This document shows positions 13,793 to 23,536 of a DNA stretch of 64,000 nt, piece by piece; within the stretch, counting starts at the first letter, position 1, and each line of letters opens with the position of its first letter. Source of the DNA: Isurus oxyrinchus (Eukaryota); contig JANJGN010000029.1 of NCBI GenBank assembly GCA_026770705.1, forward strand, positions 28,086,001 through 28,150,000, read 5' to 3'. Below the pieces are notes generated by a model that searched no databases, was not told where the DNA came from, and saw only the letters and a list, made by a program, of their open reading frames with translations. The translations under genes were made by a program, and so were the position numbers.

Positions 13793-14783
13793 TGATTTCG
13801 AGTCCAAGAAAGAGTTGAAATATAAGCTGGTTTAAGGTGTGTGTGTGGGGGGCGGAGAGATAGAGAGAGAGAGAGAGGTGGTTGTGTAGACAAACAAGCA
13901 GTGATAGAAGCAGATCATCAAAAGATGTCAGCGACAATGGTACAATAGAACACATAGGTGTTAAAGTTGGTGATATTATCTAAACGAATGTGCTAATTAA
14001 GAATGGATGGTAGGGCACTCAAGGTACAGCTCTAGTGGGGGTGGGGGGAGCATAAAAGATTTTAAAATATTTAAAAATAATGGAAATAGGTGGGAAAAGA
14101 AAAATCTATATAATTTATAGGGAAAAAAAAGGAAAAAGGGGGAAACAGAAAGGGGGTGGGGATGGGGGAGGGAGGTCACGACCTAAAGTTGTTGAATTCA
14201 ATATTTAGACCGGAAGGCTGTAAGGTGCCTAGTCGGAAGATGAGGTGTTGTTCCTCCAGTTTGCGTTGGGCTTCACTGGAACAATGCAGTAAGCCAAGGA
14301 CAGACATGTGGGCAAGAGAGCAGGGTGGAGTGTTAAAATGGCAAGCGACAGGGAGGTTTGGGTCATTCTTGCGGACAGACCGCAGGTGTTCTGCAAAGCG
14401 GTCGCCCAGTTTACGTTTGGTCTCTCCAATGTAGAGGAGACCACACTGGGAGCAACGAATGCAGTAGACTAAGTTGGGGGAAATGCAAGTGAAATGCTGC
14501 TTCACTTGAAAGGAGTGTTTGGGCCCTTGGACGGTGAGGAGAGAGGAAGTGAAGGGGCAGGTGTTACATCTTTTGCGTGGGCATGGGGTGGTGCCATAGG
14601 AGGGGGTTGAGGAGTAGGGGGTGATGGAGGAGTGGACCAGGGTGTCCCGGAGGGAGCGATCCCTACGGAATGCCGATAAGGGGGGTGAAGGGAAGATGTG
14701 TTTGGTGGTGGCATCATGCTGGAGTTGGCGGAAATGGCGGAGGATGATCCTTTGAATGCGGAGGCTGGTGGGGTGATAAGTGG

Positions 14784-16617
14784 TGGTCTGAGGGCCCTTA
14801 GCTTCTTCCTCGAACAGAGGCCCGAACAATCCCCATCCACCACTACTCTCCTCCGTCTGGCTGAACTTGTTCTCACGTTGAACAATTTCTCCTTCAACTC
14901 CTCTCACTTTCTCCAAATAAAAGGTGTGGCTATGGGTACCCGCATGGGCTCCAGCTATGCCTGTCTCTTTATGGGGTATGTGGAACATTCCTTGTTGCAG
15001 TCCTACTCCGGCCCCCTTCCACAACTTTTTCTCCGGTACATTGATGATTACTTCGGTGCCGCTTCATGCTCTCGTCGGGACTTGTAAAAATTTATTAATT
15101 TTGCTTCCAATCTCCACCCCTCCATCATTTTCACGTGGTCCATCTCTGACACTTCCCTTCCCTTCCTTGACCTCTCTGTCTCAATCTCTGGTGATAGACT
15201 GTCCACCAATATCCATTACAAACCCACCGACTCCCACAGCTACCTCGACTACAGCTCCTCACACCCCGCTTCCTGTAAGGACTCCATCCCATTCTCCCAG
15301 TTCCTTCGCCTTCGTCGCATCTGTTCCGATGATGCTACCTTCAAAAACGGTTCCTCTGACATGTCCTCCTTCTTCCTTAACCGAGGTTTTCCACCCACGG
15401 TCGTTGACAGGGCCCTCAACCGTGTCCCGCGCATCCGCCCTCACGCCTTCTCCTCCCTCCCAGAAACATGATAGGGTCCCCCTTGTCCTCACTTATCACC
15501 CCACCAGCCTCCGCATTCAAAGGATCATCCTCCGCCATTTCCGCCAACTCCAGCATGATGCCACCACCAAACACACCTTCCCTTCACCCCCCTTATCGGC
15601 ATTCCGTAGGGATCGCTCCCTCCGGGACACCCTGGTCCACTCCTCCATCACCCCCTACTCCTCAACCCCCTCCTATGGCACCACCCCATGCCCACGCAAA
15701 AGATGTAACACCTGCCCCTTCACTTCCTCTCTCCTCACCGTCCAAGGGCCCAAACACTCCTTTCAAGTGAAGCAGCATTTCACTTGCATTTCCCCCAACT
15801 TAGTCTATTGCATTCGTTGCTCCCAATGTGGTCTCCTCTACATTGGAGAGACCAAACGTAAACTGGGCGACCGCTTTGCAGAACACCTGCGGTCTGTCCG
15901 CAAGAATGACCCAAACCTCCCTGTTGCTTGCCATTTTAACACTCCACCCTGCTCTCTTGCCCACATGTCTGTCCTTGGCTTACTGCATTGTTCCAGTGAA
16001 GCCCAACGCAAACTGGAGGAACAACACCTCATCTTCCGACTAGGCACCTTACAGCCTTCCGGTCTGAATATTGAATTCAACAACTTTAGGTCGTGAGCTC
16101 TCTCCCCCATCCCCACCCCCTTTCTGTTTCCCCCTTTTTCCTTTTTTTTCCCCTATAAATTATATAGATTTTTCTTTTCCCACCTATTTCCATTATTTTT
16201 AAATATTTTAAAATCTTTTATGCTCCCCCCACCCCCACTAGAGCTGTACCTTGAGTGCCCTACCATCCATTCTTAATTAGCACATTCGTTTAGATAATAT
16301 CACCAACTTTAACTTTAACACCTATGTGTTCTTTTGTACCATTGTCGCTGACATCTTTTGATCTGCTTCTATCACTGCTTGTTTGTCTACACAACCACCT
16401 CTCTCTCTCTCTATCTCTCCGCCCCCCACACACACACCTTAAACCAGCTTATATTTCAACTCTTTCTTGGACTCGAAATCAAGTTCTGTCGAAGGGTCAT
16501 GAGGACTCGAAACGTCAACTCTTTTCTTCTCCGCCGATGCTGCCAGACCTGCTGAGTTTTTCCAGGTAATTCTGTTTTTGTTTTGGATTTCCAGCATCCG
16601 CAGTTTTCTTTGTTTTT
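14784..16617 (+). mobile_element. 5'-truncated inverted Penelope copy (mid-RT to 3' end)
   Basis: Reverse complement of ~12196->10448, extended through the tail; same TAA (15085-15087); 11-bp deletion near 15427. Confidence 0.92.
16482..16520 (+). ncRNA. Minimal type I hammerhead ribozyme (variant core CUGUCGA)
   Basis: Same 39-nt motif; predicted cleavage after 16516. Confidence 0.7.
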
Positions 16618-17250
16618 ATACAATATTCTAGCTTTATTAATAGGGACAGAGTATAAGAGCAAGGATGTTGAATTTGTATAAGACACTAGTTTGGCCTCAG
16701 CTGGCATATTGCATCTAGTTCTGGACACCAAACTTTAGGAAGGATACAAAGGCATTGGAGGGAGTGCAGAAAAGATTCATGAGAATGGTTACAGGGATAA
16801 GGAACTTCAGTTATGAAGACAGATTGGAAAAGTTGGGACTGTTTTCCTTGGAGTAAAGAAGGCTGAGAGGAGATTTGATAGAGGTATTCAAAATCATGAG
16901 GGGTCTGGACAGAGTAGAGAAGGAGAAACTGCTCCCACTCATGAAAGGATCGAGAACCCGAGGGCACAAATTTAAAGTAACTGTCAAAAGAATCAAAAGC
17001 AACATGAGGAAAAACATTTCCACACAGCGAGTGGTTAGGGTTTGGAATGCACTGCCTGAGTGTGGTGGAGACAGGTTCAGTTGAAGTATTCAGAATGGAA
17101 TTAGGCTGTTATCTGAAAAGGAAGAATGTCCGGGGATACGGGGAGAAGGCAGGAGAATGGCACTAAGGGGATTGCTCATTCGGAGAGCGGTGCAGATATG
17201 ATGGACCAAATGGCCTCCTTCTGTGCTGTAACAATTCTGTGATTCTGTGA
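16618..17250 (+). mobile_element. CR1-type LINE, 3' part (after Penelope)
   Basis: LIEVFKIMRGLDRV...TRGH...WNALP; (TTCTGTGA)n tail. Confidence 0.88.
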
Positions 17251-20200
17251 TGGTAGGGCAGTCACTTCCTGAATCCTGAAAGCCTCTCCACCATCCTAAA
17301 GGCTCATTGTCAGGAGTGTAATTGTGTATTAACTATTCACCTGGATGGGTGATACTGGCACAACACTCAAGAAACTCAACCCCATTCAAAGCAGAGCCGA
17401 TTCAATATCCACTCTTCCATTACAGTGTGGTTACAGTATATACAATTTATACGATGCATTGAAGCAATTCACCAAAATACTTTTGACAGTGCCTCCCTGC
17501 TCTGCGATCTCTTATCATTGAGAGCAAATTTATAAAAGGGAAAACCATCATTCACTTGTCATTGTCATGCAGAGGCAGGGAAATCTGAATTATCAGGATG
17601 TAACAATCTTCTTGACTGTTTCATGTCCTAGTCACTTGCCTCCTTGCCTCCTGCTACCCATATGAATGCCCATTCATGCTGGTGTATAGCCTGTGTTCTA
17701 TCCCATGTTGAGTCTTCCTCAACTATCTCACCTGTCTTCACCAACCCCCACCTCTTTTCACACTGATTTCAAAATCCTCATCATATACAAATCCTTTCAT
17801 GGTTTCACCCAATCCTACTTCTGTCAGCTCCTCACATCTGTCACTCCTTTTACTTAAATTGACCCGCCCTGACTCTACTCACCCCTTGTGCTGGAGGTAG
17901 ATTCTTGTTGACCTTTGCACTGTGGAATTTTCATCCCAAAACCCTGTGCGTGGATTTGCTGTTTCTCACCTTCAAAGTTTCCTCAATAACTATCTCTGTA
18001 CCTATGGGTTTGATTGCAGGAACAAGAAAGTTGAAAGAAGGTTTAGTATTTATTTCTCCCATCCTTTTGTGAAGTGCTTTGGAACATTTTGGGGCATTAA
18101 AAATCCCACATAAGTTGCATCTTGTATTATAAAGAACATGGTCAGTAGGAGATAGTAGTGATCAGATGTGACACTGAGCACTTGCCAAATACTGTCTTGC
18201 TCTGTGCCCTCTTCTGTCTGTTGCCCAATAAACTATACACTGCCTTTCATTTTTGTCTGTCATTTCTTTCTAGTCTTCATCTTCCGATTTCGGGAAAACT
18301 GAAAACAGGTGGAAATATCTTTTGAATCTTTCCAAAATCTTTTAAGAATTTTGACCTTTAATTCTGCCATTTCCCTGTCCCAAAACTTGACTTCCACCCT
18401 GCACATATCCAAAGCTTTCCCTGAAAGTGTGCTGAGTTACAATAATCAGCTGGCCATGAGAAATGGATTGCAATCAGAAAATGGGCCTTGTGTGATTTTG
18501 CACTCTTTTCTAGCCAGTCGTAATGAAACTGCAAATATATTAGAAAATCTGTTACAGGAAACAGCTGATCTTCCATTATTAGATGATCAGCCTTCTACAG
18601 GGACTGAAAAAATGAGGAAGCTTCATGGCCACACCTGATTCAGGTAGAATGCTGCACTATTATACCTCCAATCCATTACTATCACACCCTACCTACAAGC
18701 AATATATAAGCTATAACTACATTTGTTTATCATATTCTCTGATTTTCATGGGCTCTGTAGTTTAACCTGTTTGGACCCTCATGCTGGAGATGTAAATCCA
18801 AGGTTCTATTTGCAGTAAAAGAGGAGATTTTGAAAATACATGCCCAAATCTGCAAAGTTCCTGCTAAAAATCCAATGCAATAACCTCTTGGACTGTCCAG
18901 TCTGATGGCCTTATTTTTTTACTGCACCCTCCCAATACTTCTTATTTCTCCCACTCTTGGTTGTTCAAAAGTCCTATCATCATGGTGATGGTATAGAGGG
19001 GCTCATTTTTTGAAAGTAATTAGAGTTTTCTCTGTAGTGTCAGGCTATCCTGGCTGCCTACTATTTAAACTGAAAGCTCCAAGGTATACACGAAGCTCAA
19101 TCGCCAATTCTCTGAAAAAACACAGCGCGCAAAATCGCAACTGGTTAATGCAGTGTGTTTTAGGAGGTCAGGCTAATTTTAACCTCAGTTTATCCAAAGT
19201 ACTTCCAACTGCATCTGTTTATACTAGATATACTGTAATCAACCAGCTGTGGTTAGCGGCTTTGGAGAAAAAGGGAACTTTTAGTTTAAAAACTTTACAT
19301 ATACATTTGATGTGAATGTTAACAACAACTTGCATTCAAAGTAGAAAAACATCCCAAAGCCCCTCACAGAGGGAAAATCAGGAATGAATGAACGCAGAAT
19401 GATGGGAGAGTTAAGGGGGATGACTGAAAGCTTGCTTGAGTTAATGGGTTTTAGAAAAACTTGTAAAGATGCAAGGATGAAGGGAGAGTTTTGGAGAGCG
19501 GGATTGAGGCATTTTTTAAGTCCTGCCACCAGTGGTGGAGCAAAGGGAAGGGACAGAAATTCAGCAGGCAAATTTGAAGGGTTCAGGATACAAGTCAGAA
19601 AAAAGCTGCAAAGGTCAACTGGGACAAGGCTCTTGAGAGGTTTTTTTCTGTTATGTCTCAACTTAATCTTTAATGTGTTTGAAAACATGGAGCCAGTATA
19701 GATCAGCAAGGACAAGAGGTGAATTTAGAGAGCTGAAGGAGTCATGGGGTATCCTTGATATTTAGGGCAATTCTGGAGGAATAGGTTTTAATGGTCATTT
19801 GTTAGTACAGAACTTGAGAATTGCTGAAAAAAAGAGATAAGACGAAAAGTTTCGACATGCCTCTTTTCCCAGGAATAGGTTTCAAGTGAGGAGAGTGACT
19901 CAACCATGAATTTAATATGGTTGAGCTGATCTGGTGATGCATGAGCAGGCATTGCTGGGTACAGTCTGTTTTATGATCCCTTAGACTTCAGGGAACTGTA
20001 CCCGCCAACAGCAGGAATGGGAGACAGTGGACAATTTGGTTAGAACAAGCACATTGAAGACAAAGGTGAGGAGCAATTACTTTCAAAGGAAACATTAATT
20101 TGAAAAATTGATTTTTCCAGCATTTACATTTGATCTCAATTCACTATTAAAGAAAATTATTTTAATACAATGTTCCTTCAAAAAAATCTGTTTACTTGTT

Positions 20201-20586
20201 CAAATATACCACACTGGTAGGCTATGAACATTACTTTTTGTCCTAAACAGTTGTTATATCATTACCTACAATCTTAGTTTATTTAGTGATATCTTGAGAG
20301 ATTGCAGAAAAACAGTTTCATACAATGGATGTTACATTAATGAAACTATCAGAGGATACATTGCATGTGCTCAGAAAACAATAGTTCAAAAATACAACTG
20401 TTTGAAAATATACACTTATAAAAACATTTATATCAAAACAGAAGCAGTGTACAAGCAAAGTACAAGCAATTGGCATTTACTAGCATCTCTAATGCTGTAA
20501 AACTTCCCAAGCTTCTTCACGGGAGAGTTAACGAACAAACTTTAACACTGAGCCACATAAGGAGATATTGGGAAATAAAAAGCAGG

Positions 20587-21000
20587 GGTTGCATTTATAT
20601 AGCGCCTTTAATGAGCACAGGCCATCCCAAAGCACTTTTCAGGTAGTACAGTGTTTTTTGAAGCTTATTTGCTGTTATGCTGTAGCAAGTGTGGCAGCTA
20701 GTTTGTGTACAACAAGCTCCCACAAACAACAATGAAATAATCAACACATAATGTATTTTTGTGATGTTGATTGAGGGATAAATAATGGCTAGGAAACAAG
20801 GGAAAACTCCCTGTTATTGTTAGAATAGTCCCATGGGATTTATTTACATCCATTTGAGAAGGCAATTGGTTTAAAGTCTCATCTGAAAGATGGCACCACT
20901 CCCTCAGTAATGCACTGAAATGTCAGCTTTGATTTTTCTGCTCAACTCCTGGATTGGGACTTGAACCCACAACCTTTTCATTCAAAGGCAACTGAGCACT
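20587..21000 (-). mobile_element. tRNA-derived Deu-core SINE (SacSINE1-like)
   Basis: B-box GGTTCAAGTCCC on the minus strand, core GGTTTAAAGTCTCATCTGAAAGATGGCACC, L2-like tail; recognised from memory. Confidence 0.65.
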
Positions 21001-21244
21001 TGGCACGTCATAACATTCAAGGCTATGGGCCAAGCGCTGGTAAATGGATTAGGTAGGTAGGTCAGGTGTTTCTCACATGTCGGTGCAGACTCGATGGGCC
21101 GAAGGGCCTCTTCTGCACATGTGATCCTGTGATTTTGTGAATTACAGCTGACAAGTGGCCAAAAGCTTAGTCAAGGATGTAGGTTTAAGGAGAGTTTCAG
21201 AGGAGAAGACAGAAACAGAGAGGTTCAGGGAGGGAATTCTAGGG

Positions 21245-22450
21245 TTTCTTCTTAGGCAATCCCTCGGGATTGAGGATAACTTGCTTTCACTTTGGTCCGA
21301 TGGGTTCTGAAATGACTGATAATGCATGATGCGCAGACTCTGCTACATGTGGGGCAGGTGATGCTTGAGGCACCAGGGAGATTATTTGTTTGGAGGTTTT
21401 GAACTCTCCCGTGCCTCAACTTTGCCTCTGCAAGTTCCTGACAAAGTCTCTCGATGTGTTCAGTGCCTTCCCAATTTAACCTTCTCTTGTTTTGGTCGGT
21501 CACAAACCAGGGACTCCCATGAGTTGGCAGTGATGGCCTTTCATGGATGCTTTGAGGACAGCCCTCAAGAATTTCTACTGTACTTCTAGGAGTCTGCTTC
21601 TGCAACCAAGTTCTGAGTACAGCAGTGCCTTCAAGAGTCTGTTATCAGGCACGTGAACAATGTGTCATGCCCAGAGAGCTGGTTTTGAATGGTTAGCACC
21701 TTGAAACTTGGCATGTTGGCTTGGGAGAGGACACTGCTGTCGGACCACCTTTCTTGCCACCAGATTTGGAGGATCTTGCTGGTGGTACTTCTCCAGTGCT
21801 TTGAGGTGTCTGCCATAGGCTGTCTAAGTCTATGAAACAGATAGGAGTCTGGGGATCACTGCTGCCTGGTAAACCATAACCTTAGTTTCAGGTTTGAGAT
21901 CCTAGTCCTCAAATACCCTTTTCCTCCATCAACAAAAGGCAGAGCTGACACATTGGAGGGGCTGATGAGTCATCTTTGTCTGCTTTTGTTGAGAGAAGGT
22001 TCCTAAAGATATGGAAATTGGTTCATATTTTCCAGGTTCTCATTGTTGATCTTAATCGATGTGGCAAGGAGTTTTGCTGAGGGAGCTGGGTGGAAAAGAA
22101 CCATTTTCTCAAATGCATCGGAGAAGAAGTCTGCAATGACCTGGATCTCAGTTTCTAAGTGAGTGCACACGCAAAGTGTCATCTGCGTATTTAGCTCAAT
22201 GACTGAAGTTGGAGTGATTTTGGTTTTGGATTGAAGGTGACATAGATTGAACAGTTTCCCATCTGTTCTGTAGATTAGCTCCATGCCGGTGGGTAAATTG
22301 CTGGAGGTGAGGGGCAGGATTGCAGCTAGGAAAATGGAAAAGAAAGTTGGTGCAATGACACAGCCTCGTTTGACCCCAGTTTTCACTGATGTAGAATCTG
22401 TGGTGGTTCCGTTGGTGAGGATCACGGCTTGTATGTCATCATAGAATAGG
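21245..22450 (-). mobile_element. RTE-clade LINE remnant
   Basis: TGVKRGCVIAPTFFSIF, YRTDGKLFNL, terminal CPTC..H zinc finger. Confidence 0.85.
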
Positions 22451-22917
22451 ACTTATTGCCTTGGCAGCTGAAGGCACAGCCACTAAGGATGGTGCAATGA
22501 AAATTGGGGAGTGCAAGAGACCAGAGTTAGAAGGCTGCAGAGTTCTCAGAGAGTTATAGGACTGAGGGAAGGTACAGTTGGCTTACAACTCCACTTTCCT
22601 GCCTGTTCTCCATAACCCTTGACTTCCCTATAATGTGTCTATCTCAGATATCTCTATACAATGACTCAGCAACCATTGCAGCCTGGCATAGAGAATTCCA
22701 AAGATTCATGACCCTCAGAGAAGTAATTCATTCTCATCGCCATCTTAAATGAGCAATACCTTATTCTGATACTATGCCCTCTAGTTCTAGATTGTATCAC
22801 AAGGTTAAAGATAGAGAAAGTCAAGGGCATGGAGACATTTAAACATAAGGATGAAAGTTTAAAAATTGAGATGTTGCCTCATATCTAGTCTTCATTTCAT
22901 CTGTTTGTATAAATTGT

Positions 22918-22923
22918 TTTATT
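22918..22923 (-). terminator. Candidate polyadenylation signal of the ICAM-like gene
   Basis: AATAAA on the minus strand about 380 nt after the stop; no transcript evidence. Confidence 0.3.
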
Positions 22924-23300
22924 TTTTCATGGAACGTCGCACTATACATGGCATACATTATGCAATTAAATCAGCCATAACAGGTATAGATCAGCCTTCA
23001 TGTCAGTTAGTGGGGAAGCCATTGTTTTCACAGAGCTCTCTTGATACCAGTGCTAAACCTATCTAGATACCACAGTCCAGGTGACTATCCAGTGTTCGTA
23101 GAAATTGAAATAAAATTTTAACCACAGTAATACAAAAACAGCCCAATAATACTGAGGATTGTCAGTAATGAGTTGTCTTTACAGTTAGTATATCAATTAC
23201 TGCAAGTAGTCTTTAACGCTGCAATGAGCGGAGTCCCTCAGTAACAATATTAACAAGATCATCTTTGGAATTTCTCCAAAAAAGGGCATGTAATATCATT

Positions 23301-23536
23301 TTATTTGTAAAATCCATTTGTAATTGATTCACCAGGATATGGATCACGTTTCTTTAAAGGAAAATTTTCCTGATATTCATTTCCATTGGGGATCTGTGGG
23401 TTGTTGTTAGGTTTTGCTTTGTGTACTTCATATAGTCCTCTTTTATGGGCCCTGTATTTCCAGTACAAGCCAATGACTGCGAATATGATTAATGGTAATA
23501 TTCCTGCCATTACCAAATATGGTAGACATGTTTCAC
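23301..23536 (-). CDS. ICAM-like exon 8 (TM and cytoplasmic tail, stop)
   Basis: Acceptor gttttcatag|GT; hydrophobic LVMAGILPLIIFAVIGLYW followed by basic KYRAHKR and GLYEV; TAA at 23301-23303. Confidence 0.88.

Larger units (their letters stand above)
10448..16617. mobile_element. Penelope-like retroelement composite insertion (tandem minus arm 14782->10448 plus inverted plus arm 14784->16617)
   Basis: RT and GIY-YIG coding sequence, three near-identical 3' regions, 14-bp TSD ATACAATATTCTAG (10434-10447 and 16618-16631); splits a CR1 LINE. Confidence 0.95.

Noticed and set aside
10448-16617. Inverted and tandem repeats as an assembly artefact
   Set aside because: The copies differ by SNPs and indels, and a clean 14-bp TSD restores the interrupted CR1. 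Read-level confirmation is still advisable.
17923-17932. Third copy of the TGGAATTTTC kappaB-like 10-mer
   Set aside because: It lies in what looks like a decayed L2-type tail and is probably a chance match.
18309-18638. 109-aa ORF as a separate gene
   Set aside because: GTG start, no recognisable domain and no partner exons.
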